64,000 bases of DNA from an uncultured Phycisphaerales bacterium (lineage in GTDB: Bacteria > Planctomycetota > Phycisphaerae > Tepidisphaerales > Tepidisphaeraceae): contig CAVWVQ010000003.1 in the NCBI GenBank assembly GCA_963758525.1, positions 1,280,001-1,344,000 on the forward strand, read 5' to 3'. Shown here piece after piece: positions 9,381 through 18,782 of the stretch (positions are counted from its first letter, which is position 1; each line of letters begins with the position of its first letter). The notes beneath the pieces are model-generated. The model did not search any database, was not told the DNA's origin, and was given only the letters and a program-made list of their open reading frames with translations. The position numbers and the translations under genes are program-made.

Positions 9381-10295
9381 ATGTCGCAGGCTTCTTCGAC
9401 TTTGAATCCGCCCCTGCCTCTTTCCGGCAGGCTCGGCGCTTTCGCGCGCGATATCAAAATCGGGCATACCATTTTCGCGCTTCCCTTCGCCCTGCTGAGC
9501 GCGTTCATCGCAGCGGGCGGTGTGCCACCGTTGGGAAAACTTGGCCTGATCCTGCTTTGCATGCTGACGGCCCGGTCGCTGGCGATGGCGGCAAATCGTC
9601 TGCTCGACGCCCGCCTCGACGCGCTCAACCCGCGCACCGCCGGGCGCGCTATACCCGCGGGCAGGCTCTCGCGCGGGTTCTATCTGACGATATCGCTGCT
9701 CTGCGCCATGGCGTTTGTCGCGTCCACTGCGGGTTTTCTCTGGGTTTATCGGAACCCCTGGCCGCTGCGGCTCTCCGTGCCTGTTCTGGGATTCTTGTGC
9801 GGCTATCCGCTTCTGAAGCGATTCACGCGACTGTGCCACTATTACCTTGGGATCGCGCTGGGGCTGGCGCCAATCTGCGCCTGGATTGCCATTCGCGGAA
9901 GCCTCGCGGCGCCGCCGCTCTGGATGGCGGCAGGAGTTCTCTGCTGGACTGCCGGGTTCGATATTATCTACGCCTGCCAGGATTACGACAGCGACGTGGC
10001 CTGCGGCATTTTTTCCGTGCCGGCACGGATCGGAATCGCACGGGCGTTGTGGGTGGCTCGTGTGACTCATGTGGTTTCCGTTGCCATGCTGGTTGCGCTT
10101 GCTGGCTCCGCTGCTCAGTTAGGTTTCTTTTTTAGAATTGGCATCGGCATTGCGATCGCTCTTTTAGTGATTGAGCATCTGCTGGTTCGGGCCGATGATC
10201 TGTCCAAGGTTGGACTCGCGTTCTTCACCGTGAACGGGATCATCAGTGTTTGCCTTGGGACGCTTGGAATTACCGACGTGCTGATGCATCACTAA
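9381..10295 (+). CDS. ubiA: UbiA-family polyprenyltransferase (MqnP-like)
   Basis: HTIFALPFA, NRLLDARLDALNPRT..R, GFDIIYACQD; multiple TM helices; lies between ubiX and mqnE. Confidence 0.9.
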   Translation: MSQASSTLNPPLPLSGRLGAFARDIKIGHTIFALPFALLSAFIAAGGVPPLGKLGLILLCMLTARSLAMAANRLLDARLDALNPRTAGRAIPAGRLSRGFYLTISLLCAMAFVASTAGFLWVYRNPWPLRLSVPVLGFLCGYPLLKRFTRLCHYYLGIALGLAPICAWIAIRGSLAAPPLWMAAGVLCWTAGFDIIYACQDYDSDVACGIFSVPARIGIARALWVARVTHVVSVAMLVALAGSAAQLGFFFRIGIGIAIALLVIEHLLVRADDLSKVGLAFFTVNGIISVCLGTLGITDVLMHH

Positions 10296-10310
10296 CGGAC
10301 TTTGCATTCG

Positions 10311-10646
10311 ATGAGTTGGAACCGAGTCATCCCGCGATTTCGCAACCCGGAGTTGGACGCGGAAACCGAGCGTCGCCTGAGACAGTCCGCGCGGCCGCCG
10401 GCAGCTCCGTCGCAGAAGGACATCGAGCAGGATGCTGCCATTCGCGCGCTCGAACGGGAGACGCGTGAACTGCGCGTGTACGTCGCGGCATTGATTCGCC
10501 TGCTGGCTCAGAAAGAGGCGATCGACCACACTGAAGTGACAGGATTGGTCGAATTAGCCGACCGCGTGCAACGCCAAATCCCATCCAGCAATTATCGTCA
10601 TCAGCCGGATATCCGGGACCTGATCCAGCCGTCGGAAGCAGCGTAG
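10311..10646 (+). CDS. Hypothetical protein, coiled-coil-like
   Basis: Co-oriented ORF starting 16 nt after ubiA; helical composition. Confidence 0.55.
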   Translation: MSWNRVIPRFRNPELDAETERRLRQSARPPAAPSQKDIEQDAAIRALERETRELRVYVAALIRLLAQKEAIDHTEVTGLVELADRVQRQIPSSNYRHQPDIRDLIQPSEAA

Positions 10647-10806
10647 CATCTTCCTTTGGGATTGTGCGAAGTTCCGAGAGGGAGCAAAGCGTGTCTACAG
10701 GGCTGGAATTGCAGGCTGGAAGACCGCACCACAATTCCGCCCGGAGATCCTCCCTTTCAAAACGCGCGAAAGTCATGGAGCATCCAGCGGCGAGCCTCTA
10801 TACTCG

Positions 10807-11964
10807 ATGGCGATGGCTGTCGCCCTGCAAAGATTTTCTGACGCGAACCTCCGCCCCATTGCCGACAAACTGACCGCCGGCGAAGCCCTTTCCTATTCCG
10901 ACGGTGTTGCTCTGTACGACAGCCATGATCTGCATGGCATCGGCCGGCTTGCGAATGCGGTGCGCGAAAATCTCCACGGGAATCAGGCGTTTTACAATCG
11001 CAACCGCCACATCAATTACACCAACGTCTGTGCCCTCTCCTGCAAGTTCTGCTCTTTCTATCGCAAGCGCGGGGAAGAGGGCGCGTACGAGATGCCGGTG
11101 GAGCAGGTCGTTGCCACCGCGATCAAAGCCGCCGAGGCGGGCGCGACCGAGGTGCATATTGTTGGCGGACTGCACCCGTGGCTGAAGTTCGATTACTACC
11201 TGCAAATGCTCTCCGGCGTCCGCGAGGCTTGCCCGCTATTGCATATCAAAGCATTCACGGCAATTGAGATCGTCCACTTCGCGCGCATCGCCCGCCTGAG
11301 CGTGCGGGAAGTGCTGACTGCATTGCGCGACGCGGGCCTGGGAAGCATGCCGGGCGGCGGAGCGGAGATCTTCGACGACCGGGTTCACGATGAAGTCTTC
11401 AAGGGAAAAGTGCGTGCCGACAAGTGGTTCGAAGTGCATCGCACGGCCCACAGCCTGGGCATCTTCACCAATGCGACCATGCTCTATGGTCACGTGGAGC
11501 ATCCCGAAGAGCGCATCACCCATCTCATCAAGCTGCGGGAGTTGCAGGCCGAATCGCTGGCGGGCGGGCATGCGTTTTTTAACTGCATGATCCCATTGTC
11601 GTTTATTCCCGAGAACAGCGAATTGGGACATCTTCCGGGACCGACGGGGCTGACCGACCTCAAGACTCTCGCGATCAGCCGGCTGATGTTGAGCAACATC
11701 GCTCATATCAAGGCCTTCTGGATCATGCAGGGAATCGGACTGTCGCAGGTCGCGCTCAGTTGGGGAGTGGACGATCTGGATGGAACCGTCGTCTGGTATG
11801 ACATCACCAAGCGCCAGGGGGCGGGATCGACGCACCAGGAATTGCACGTGAACGACATCCGAAGGCTGATTCGCGAAGCCGGGCGGGAGCCGGTCGAACG
11901 CGACACGATCTATCGGCCGATCAGGCGGGCGCGAGCCGAGGCCGCAGTTGTGTCGGGGGTCTGA
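10807..11964 (+). CDS. mqnE: CofH-family radical SAM protein, probably aminofutalosine synthase MqnE
   Basis: NRHINYTNVCALSCKFCSF (CxxxCxxC), EVHIVGGLHP, MPGGGAEIF, NATMLYGHVE, HIKAFWIM. Confidence 0.85.
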   Translation: MAMAVALQRFSDANLRPIADKLTAGEALSYSDGVALYDSHDLHGIGRLANAVRENLHGNQAFYNRNRHINYTNVCALSCKFCSFYRKRGEEGAYEMPVEQVVATAIKAAEAGATEVHIVGGLHPWLKFDYYLQMLSGVREACPLLHIKAFTAIEIVHFARIARLSVREVLTALRDAGLGSMPGGGAEIFDDRVHDEVFKGKVRADKWFEVHRTAHSLGIFTNATMLYGHVEHPEERITHLIKLRELQAESLAGGHAFFNCMIPLSFIPENSELGHLPGPTGLTDLKTLAISRLMLSNIAHIKAFWIMQGIGLSQVALSWGVDDLDGTVVWYDITKRQGAGSTHQELHVNDIRRLIREAGREPVERDTIYRPIRRARAEAAVVSGV

Positions 11965-12000
11965 ACAAGTGGCGTGGCGAGCGCCGCGCCTCCCAGGGTA

Positions 12001-12121
12001 ATCCCACCTCGACGAACGCGGCGGTCTTGCCTCCTCCCCTCGTACCTCGACGGGAGGATTGAGGTTATTCCACCTCGACGAACGCCACGGTCTTGCCTCC
12101 TCCCCTCGTACCGGGGAGGAT
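12001..12121 (+). repeat. Two direct copies (period about 66 bp) ending in a CCTCCCC-GTAC-GGGAGG hairpin
   Basis: ccacctcgacgaacgcNNcggtcttgcctcctcccctcgtacc occurs twice. Confidence 0.8.
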
Positions 12122-12169
12122 CGAGGTGGGGGAAAATCGTAATCGGAGGCAGCCCGCCGAACGGACGAA

Positions 12170-12211
12170 CCCCCACCCCAACCCTCCCCCGGAGTACAAG
12201 GGGAGGGGGAA
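12170..12211. repeat. CCCCACCCCAACCCTCCCCCGGAGTAC..GGGGAGGG palindromic repeat family (representative copy)
   Basis: Related copies near 24932-24968, 29049-29075, 36742-36781, 40699-40726, 46780-46893, 47162-47287 and 55203-55243. Confidence 0.85.
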
Positions 12212-12356
12212 AGAGTGGATATCGTCCTGAATCACTTGACCCGGGACATTCAGGCACGCCCCCGATGTGCGATGGGCGAAAGCGGCAGATGAAGCCGCCT
12301 TGCGACATGGCGAAACGTCGCTATACTGCTCCGTCCCTCTGATCGGAGTAGAAAAC

Positions 12357-12657
12357 ATGGCGTTGGATCTGACCCCCGGCAAGACCGTCCGCGTGACGGT
12401 GAGCAAAAAAATCAATCGCGCATCAGCGCAAGACCATCGAGCGATTGTTCATGAAGGACAAGGCGATCGTCCTGCCGATCAAGATCCGCAGCCGCAATTT
12501 CAAAGAGCTGCCCAAGCGCCGCGGCGGCCAGATCTGGACCAAGCGGCCCAATAAGGTGCACTGCTCGGTCGAGAGAGGCGCCGCCGCCACGATTAAGACC
12601 ACGCCTCAGGCGATTCGCGATTTGAACAGCGTCGCGACGTTCATCTCCATCGCGTAA
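12357..12657 (+). CDS. Small basic hypothetical protein; apparent frameshift near 12428
   Basis: GGAG RBS; MALDLTPGKTVRVTVSKKINRASA continues in another frame as KTIERLFMKDK...LNSVATFISIA. Confidence 0.65.
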
Positions 12658-12925
12658 CACGGGTTTCCAACCCGTGCGAGCAGCGCCGAGTTCAAGAGAT
12701 GATCCGCTCCGAGTGAGGGGACGCGCAGCGGCTGCACGCCGAGGGTCAATTTCGTCTTAAAAGGAATTGGGGGGGCAGCGCAACTGGATGAACCACGGCG
12801 CTCGCACGGGTTGGGAAACCCGTGGTACACAAAAGCAGTTTGGTTTCCCGCCGAGCATCAGGAATGGGGAGCAGCGGGAGTGGATGAACCACGCCACTCG
12901 CACGGGTTGGGAAACCCGTGGTACG
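12654..12925. repeat. Cluster of three GTAC/GTAA-CACGGGTTTCCAACCCGTGCGA REPs
   Basis: Copies at 12654-12679 (+), 12802-12828 and 12898-12925 (inverted); same family as the REPs bounding the RAYT insert in dinG. Confidence 0.9.
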
Positions 12926-12927
12926 AA

Positions 12928-13314
12928 TTAGTTCGGCTTTCCGCCGAGCATGTCGAGCAGGCTGTCGAGATTGAAAGGCTTGGCGAGAAACTGCACGGGC
13001 TGCCCGTGCAGGGCGCTGGCTTCATATTCGCCGCTGATTGCGATCACACGCTTGGGGCGGTGGCGCTCGGGCAGATTCTGGCAATGCTGCAGCAACTCAA
13101 ATCCGTCCATGCGCGGCATGCGCAGGTCGGTGAGCAGCACATCAAAATATTGTGTCAGCAGATATCCAAGCGCCTCATCGCCGTCGCGCGCGGTGGTGAC
13201 GTCGGCGCCGGCCTGCCGGACGAGACGGCTCATGGCCATCCGCGTGGGAGTGTGATCTTCCACGATCAGAATGCGCAGCGACTTGCCGCCTTCGGAAGGC
13301 ACTTGCCCGGGCAT
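12928..13314 (-). CDS. Single-domain response regulator (CheY-like)
   Basis: ILIVED, LLTDLRMPRMDG, ISG and LAKPF receiver motifs. Confidence 0.92.
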   Translation of the reverse strand: MPGQVPSEGGKSLRILIVEDHTPTRMAMSRLVRQAGADVTTARDGDEALGYLLTQYFDVLLTDLRMPRMDGFELLQHCQNLPERHRPKRVIAISGEYEASALHGQPVQFLAKPFNLDSLLDMLGGKPN

Positions 13315-13392
13315 GTGAATGGCCTCTCGCATACGAGCACACTTGCGCATTGCGCCGTTAAACGCAGTCAGAGATACGTCTGCCGCTTCAAT

Positions 13393-14175
13393 TCACCCCA
13401 TGGCGTGCGGTCTCTCCACCGGTTCGGCCCGCCAAATCTGATCCGGCCAAAGAATCTCAAAAGGCCTTAAAGCCGACTTGTATTCCATGGATCGGCAGCC
13501 GTCAATCCAGTATCCGAGATAATAGTAGGCGATCTCTCGCTCCCGGGCATGCTGAATCTCGCAAAGAGCGCCGTAGGTTCCAAGACCCCGGGATGCCTCG
13601 CCGGGGTCGAAGTAATGATACACACTGCTGAGCACATTTGTTGAAACATCACAGATTCCCACCGCCAGGAGCTTCCCAGCCCCGTTGCGATAGGAAAATT
13701 CGACCGAATCGACGGGAGATTCGTAGAGAAACGACACAAACCCGTCGTACTCCCCTTCCAAGGCTCCGCCATGCCATTGGCGGACGTAACGGGCGTATAG
13801 CTCGTACTTCTCGGACGTCGGAACTGGAGCGGCGACGCTGAAGGTCAACTCGCTGTTGCGGCGATAGCAGCGCCGCTGCGACTTGCTGGGGTGGAAGCGC
13901 GCCACTGGCACGCGAATCGGCTGACATGCCCGGCAACCCGAGCAGACCGGCTGGTAGACCACCTTCCCGCTGCGCCGAAACCCCGCATCCATCAACGCGC
14001 GATAAGAGTCGGCCGGCAATTGCTCCGCCCAGAATGCGCGGCTTCGCGCCCGGCGATGCGACACGTAAGAACATGGATGTTCCGGCAATACCGACAGTGG
14101 CGTCCGCATCGGCGCCGGAATCGCGGGCCAATAGGACCGGGTCGCCGGCGGCGGATTGGAAATCACTTCGCCCAT
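13393..14175 (-). CDS. Bacterial ATE1-like arginyl/leucyl-tRNA-protein transferase
   Basis: HPCSY, GFRRSG..Y.P.C..C.AC.PIR, SKSQRR, SSVYHYFDP, YYLGYWI.GC.SM.YK. Confidence 0.92.
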   Translation of the reverse strand: MGEVISNPPPATRSYWPAIPAPMRTPLSVLPEHPCSYVSHRRARSRAFWAEQLPADSYRALMDAGFRRSGKVVYQPVCSGCRACQPIRVPVARFHPSKSQRRCYRRNSELTFSVAAPVPTSEKYELYARYVRQWHGGALEGEYDGFVSFLYESPVDSVEFSYRNGAGKLLAVGICDVSTNVLSSVYHYFDPGEASRGLGTYGALCEIQHAREREIAYYYLGYWIDGCRSMEYKSALRPFEILWPDQIWRAEPVERPHAMG

Positions 14176-14205
14176 CAGCCTGGTGGTCTTCCTCACATCG
14201 CGGCG

Positions 14206-15672
14206 TCATTGCGCTGGCGTCGGATGATATTTTCCCAGAACCCTCGCCAGCAATTTGCGGCCATATGCGACCGCCCGCTCGCGGACGATGTCCGCTTGAA
14301 TCGGCCCGGGAAATCCCAGTTCCGGAAGGGACGTCAGATAGGTCCCCTCATCGGGCTTCAATGCGATCCATGTCAGGACTTTGATCAACTGTTCCTTCGA
14401 CATCGAGCCTTTGATCTGCTCGAACACCACCAGCGGGATCGTCGATTCATTGGGGTCCTGCAGAATGTCGGGGACCGCGCATACCGACAGCAGATTCCGC
14501 ACCCGCAACACCGGGTCATCGACCTGTCCCGGCTTCCAATCGACCAGCTTCCCGGCCAGATCGTCCATCTGATTCTTCACGTCTTCCTGAAGATTATCCA
14601 GCGATTGAGCAACAGGAGTCACCGTCCCGTCGTCAGGCTCCAGATCATCGTACGTGATCTGGTCCGCGTCGGACGCGGTCACGGCCTGCCAGTTGGGAGG
14701 GTTTGGCGGCGCGGGCTGAGTCGCCGGCTGCGTCGAGGCGAGCTGAGTGGTTGGAAGCGTCGAAGCCGCTGCCGGCGCGGTTGTCGGCGCCGTGGTCGTG
14801 GTCGGAGGAGCGATCGCTTCCAGAATGCTGTTGCCCGACGCTCGCGGCGTCGCCGTCAATATTCCGCGCGACTCGGCGACGAGTCCGACCGCGGCCCAGG
14901 CGACGATCGCAACCAGCGTCCAGGCCCGCGCGGCAGCTGGCAGTCGCTGGCCGACATCCCAGCGAAAAAGCTTCGCCCCCGCCAGCAGCGCCGCCAGGCC
15001 GATCAGCAGCAACGCACCCAGATCGAATCGCACGGCGGCCAGTCCCGCACCATTTACGCACGACTCAAGGGCGTCCACCGCGTAGCGTCCCGGCAAAAAT
15101 CCGGCGACGTGTTGCGCCCAGACGGGCAACGCTTTGAGCGGAACGCCCACCCCGCCGATGATGATCATCGGCAGGAAGATCGCCTGCCCCAGCGCCTGGA
15201 CCGCCGGCACGTTGTCGGCAAGCATTGCGATCACCAGCCCCATCCCCAGAAACGCGAACGAAACGAAACCGAAAGCGGCAAAGAGTTGTAAGGGGTGATA
15301 CGGCATCGGCGTGCCGAAGATCAGCTTCGCCAACCCGATCTGCATCAACGCCGCACTCGCAACGAGCACAAAACGCGCGAGCATCGTGCTGAAAATAAAC
15401 CCGAGGGTCCCAGCCGGCAGCAGCCGGTAGCGCCGCCAGACGCCGCGCTCGCGCTCGGCGACCATCGCGGTGGGCATGCCGAAACATGCGCCGCCCAGCG
15501 TGGTGATCGTCAGGAGTTGCCCCAACTCGCGAAACAGCGGCGGATCTGTCTTGAAGATGCTGCCGAATGCGATGAGGAAGAAAAAAGGAACGAGATAGCC
15601 GTACACCATCGCCTGCGGGCTGCGAAAATTCAGCCTCAGCGTCAGACGAAGGTGTTCAACGAATCCGCGCAT
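14206..15672 (-). CDS. ABC-2 type transporter permease with a long C-terminal extracytoplasmic extension
   Basis: AERERGVWRRY and about 6-7 TM helices, then a Thr/Ala/Pro linker and a helical domain. Confidence 0.88.
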   Translation of the reverse strand: MRGFVEHLRLTLRLNFRSPQAMVYGYLVPFFFLIAFGSIFKTDPPLFRELGQLLTITTLGGACFGMPTAMVAERERGVWRRYRLLPAGTLGFIFSTMLARFVLVASAALMQIGLAKLIFGTPMPYHPLQLFAAFGFVSFAFLGMGLVIAMLADNVPAVQALGQAIFLPMIIIGGVGVPLKALPVWAQHVAGFLPGRYAVDALESCVNGAGLAAVRFDLGALLLIGLAALLAGAKLFRWDVGQRLPAAARAWTLVAIVAWAAVGLVAESRGILTATPRASGNSILEAIAPPTTTTAPTTAPAAASTLPTTQLASTQPATQPAPPNPPNWQAVTASDADQITYDDLEPDDGTVTPVAQSLDNLQEDVKNQMDDLAGKLVDWKPGQVDDPVLRVRNLLSVCAVPDILQDPNESTIPLVVFEQIKGSMSKEQLIKVLTWIALKPDEGTYLTSLPELGFPGPIQADIVRERAVAYGRKLLARVLGKYHPTPAQ

Positions 15673-15687
15673 GCGATGTGCCGCCGA

Positions 15688-16713
15688 TCAGTCGCGCAAC
15701 GAGCTGCCGGTCAACTCGATGAAAACGTCCTCCAGCGACGGCTTTTCCACCTGCAGATCGAGCAGCTCGTTGCCGCCCTCGTCCAGCAGTCGCACCAGCT
15801 CCAGAATAGCGCGCGTCGCATGGGTCGTTTGCAGGCGATACGCCGATTCGGCGGCGGCGGGCATCGTCCGCGCATTTCCGGACGACACATTGTGGCGCGG
15901 GCCTCCGGCCTGCACTTGCAACCGCGCAAACGCAGTTGGCTCATTCCCGCTCGTGCCCGGGACCAGCGCAACATCGCGGACGCCTGGCAGTGCTCTCAAC
16001 CGCTCTTCAGCAATCGGCTGCGCAGCCCGAAAATTCACGCGCGTCAGCGATTTTGAGCCGGCCACCAGGGCGGCGGGCGTTCCCGTCGCGATCACCTTGC
16101 CGTGATCCACGATCGCGATTCGGTCGCACAGCGTCTGCGCTTCCTCGATGTAGTGGGTCGTCAGCAGCACGCTGCGCCCCTCGCCGCGCATTTGCACGAT
16201 GAGTTGGTGCAGCTCGCGTCGCGATTGCGGATCCAGCCCGCTGGTCGGTTCATCGAGGAACAGAACGCGCGGCTCGTTGACGAACGCGAGCGCCAGCGCC
16301 AACCGCTGCTTCTGCCCGCCGGAAAGCGTCTCAAAGCGCGCGTCAGCTTTTTCGTTCAGGGCAAAACGCTCGATGAGCAGCCCGATGTCGGAGGCATTGC
16401 GATAAAACGCGGCAAACATGCGAAGCGCTTCACGCGGGGTGATTTTGTCGTGCAATGCCGTCGCCTGGAGCTGGGCGCCGATGCGCTGCTTGACCTCCGT
16501 CGATTGCCGGAGTGCGTCGAGGCCGCACACCTCGACGCTGCCGCCGTCGGGCTGGCGCAGGCCGATGATGCATTCGAGCGTCGACGTTTTTCCGGCTCCG
16601 TTGGGGCCCAGAAGCCCAACGATCTCACCGCCATTGATTTCAAAACTGACGTCCTCAATGGCAGTCACCTTGCCATAGCGTTTGCGAAGATTGCGAACTT
16701 GCACGTCTGGCAT
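15688..16713 (-). CDS. ABC transporter ATP-binding protein (contains a REP-derived in-frame segment)
   Basis: GPNGAGKT, LSGGQ, LFLDEP, TTHY and terminal PSLEDVF..LTG. Confidence 0.95.
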   Translation of the reverse strand: MPDVQVRNLRKRYGKVTAIEDVSFEINGGEIVGLLGPNGAGKTSTLECIIGLRQPDGGSVEVCGLDALRQSTEVKQRIGAQLQATALHDKITPREALRMFAAFYRNASDIGLLIERFALNEKADARFETLSGGQKQRLALALAFVNEPRVLFLDEPTSGLDPQSRRELHQLIVQMRGEGRSVLLTTHYIEEAQTLCDRIAIVDHGKVIATGTPAALVAGSKSLTRVNFRAAQPIAEERLRALPGVRDVALVPGTSGNEPTAFARLQVQAGGPRHNVSSGNARTMPAAAESAYRLQTTHATRAILELVRLLDEGGNELLDLQVEKPSLEDVFIELTGSSLRD

Positions 16714-16828
16714 CGAAGAAGGGAAAGAGCTTTCTGCTCAGGAATTGGAAGCCGGATCGATCGGTAATTTCTTGCACAGCTAACACGGGCGGGACGCCCG
16801 TGCCACGCAAGGTCACTGGGGAAACAAT

Positions 16829-17968
16829 TTAGTTCTCGGCGGCTTTGACGACGGTTACGGCGGATCCGGTATCGGGCTCCATCTGGTCGAGCCAGGTTTG
16901 CACTTTCATGGCAAGCTTTGGGCGGTTGAGTCTTTGGTAGAGCGCCAGCGACTTGGTGAACAGCTCGCGAGCGGCTTTGCCGTGACCTCGCTTGAAGCGG
17001 ACCAGACCGAGGTTGCCATACGCGCTGGCCATCCCGCCCAGTCGTCCCAGGCGGGTGTTGAGATCGAGGGCGCTACTGAGCAGTCGCTCGCTTTCTTCGA
17101 GATTGCCGCGCCGGTCATAGATCAGCAACCCGAGACAGCCGCAGGTGACCGCCAGCCCTTCCAGCCGGCGCAGGCGCTCATTAATCTCCAACGCTTTGCG
17201 ATACGCCTCCTCCGCTTTGAGGGCCTCCCCGCGCACCTGGTAAATCAGCCCGATGTTCACGAAGCAGTCGGCCATCCCGGCTTCGTCCTTCAGCTTCTCA
17301 TAGATCTTCAGGGCCTCGGAATGGTGAAATTCCGCGTCGCCGATCAATTTCAGGAGCTGGTGCAGCGTACCGAGATGGACGTGGGCGGCTGCGCATTCCT
17401 GTTCGTTATTATTATGGGTGGCAATCTTCAGCACCCGCATGTAGATCTCTTTAGCCTGGTCGGTCTTGCCGCGCAAGTAGGTGATGGTTCCGCGGCGAGT
17501 CAGGGCGTCGAGGTCGTTGGGGAAGCTGGCCAAAATCGCGTCAACGGCATTGGACGCCGTCTGGATGTCGCCGTTGAGATATCCGAGCGTGGCGATTTCG
17601 CGATTGCGCGCCACGATGTCCTGCGCACCCTTGCTCTGCTGAACCAGGAATTCGAGCAATCGATTCGCCTCACCGCCCCGTTCGAGCGTGTCGAAGATCG
17701 CCCGGGCATCAGGCACGAGGTTCGCAACCGCCGCCTCGAGGCGGTCACAGGCGCGTTCCACATATTTGCGCATCGGCTCGACTCGCTCGTAAATGCCCTG
17801 CACATGGTGCCGCTCACCCCCGGCGAGAATGCGGTTGATGGTTTTCTGCCGCATCGTGTCGTCCGCCTCGATGCGGGCGCGACGGCGCATCATGGCCTTG
17901 ATGCGCATGACCGTCGCGGTTGCCACGAGCCCCGCCAGCAGAATCCAAAGTAGTGTGTCTAAAAACAT
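16829..17968 (-). CDS. Membrane-anchored tetratricopeptide-repeat protein
   Basis: N-terminal TM helix; repeated G.A..Y.NLG..Y..RG....A......AL units. Confidence 0.85.
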   Translation of the reverse strand: MFLDTLLWILLAGLVATATVMRIKAMMRRRARIEADDTMRQKTINRILAGGERHHVQGIYERVEPMRKYVERACDRLEAAVANLVPDARAIFDTLERGGEANRLLEFLVQQSKGAQDIVARNREIATLGYLNGDIQTASNAVDAILASFPNDLDALTRRGTITYLRGKTDQAKEIYMRVLKIATHNNNEQECAAAHVHLGTLHQLLKLIGDAEFHHSEALKIYEKLKDEAGMADCFVNIGLIYQVRGEALKAEEAYRKALEINERLRRLEGLAVTCGCLGLLIYDRRGNLEESERLLSSALDLNTRLGRLGGMASAYGNLGLVRFKRGHGKAARELFTKSLALYQRLNRPKLAMKVQTWLDQMEPDTGSAVTVVKAAEN

Positions 17969-18010
17969 GTTCAGGTTGGCGCGCCCATCGCGCCAGAACT
18001 CGCCGCGGCA

Positions 18011-18436
18011 TTATTTTGCGAAAAAGTTCAAATAGACCGTCAAAGCGCCCAGGAGGCCGGCGACAATGACCAGGATCACCAGCCGCGATTGCTGCTTCCG
18101 CTCTTCTTCGCCTCCGCGCGCCGCCTGTTCACGTCGTTCCTGTGCTTTTTCCCTCTCCTGAACCCGCACCGTCCGGCATGGATCGCAGACCGCCGTCCCT
18201 TCGAAATCTGCCATCGCCACCTTGGGGAGATATTTCCCGCAATCGGGGCATTGAACCTTGCCCTTGTGCTCCTTGGCGGTGGGATTCAGCTTGGCTTCGC
18301 CAAAACTGGCACACGAAACGCAATAATATCGCCCCTTGTCGTCCTTCTGACGGGGCTTCCCGGTGACATCGGTACCGCAGATGTGACAGTATTTGCTTTC
18401 GACCGCGCTCGAGTTTTCAGCGGTTTCTGACGCCAT
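18011..18436 (-). CDS. Double zinc-finger protein with a C-terminal TM anchor
   Basis: Four CxxC motifs (CHIC, CVSC, CPDC, CDPC) and a hydrophobic C-terminus; GAGG RBS. Confidence 0.75.
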   Translation of the reverse strand: MASETAENSSAVESKYCHICGTDVTGKPRQKDDKGRYYCVSCASFGEAKLNPTAKEHKGKVQCPDCGKYLPKVAMADFEGTAVCDPCRTVRVQEREKAQERREQAARGGEEERKQQSRLVILVIVAGLLGALTVYLNFFAK

Positions 18437-18601
18437 GACGTATCCTCAAAACGCCTTTTCAGAAGTCCTGCGGCGCAGCGGCGCCTGAAGCTGAGCCAAG
18501 TCCGACCGCCGTATCACTTCGGAACAAAGCCAGACATCCATGATAGAAATGACAGCATTAATATACCATCTCGGGCCGACTGGTATCAATGATTCTGGAT
18601 G

Positions 18602-18759
18602 AGGGTTCAGGGTGTCAGGATTCAGGGTTCAGGGTTCAGGGTTCAGGGTTCAGGGGAAAGCAGAGCTGCTCAACCGTGAACCCTGAACCCTGACACCCTG
18701 AACCCTGACACCCTGAACCCTGAACCCTGACACCCTGAACCCTGACACCCTGAACCCTG
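18602..18759. repeat. Inverted GGTTCAG / CTGAACC heptamer arrays
   Basis: About 7 G-strand units, a short spacer, then about 11 C-strand units; same family at 23720-23800, 33927-34203 and 60257-60287. Confidence 0.9.
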
Positions 18760-18782
18760 GCCCCCGGCGAACGGCATTCGGC

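Noticed and set aside
12654..12925. Mini-CRISPR from three palindromic repeats
   Set aside because: Mixed orientation and irregular spacing, and the same repeat bounds a RAYT, so these are REPs.
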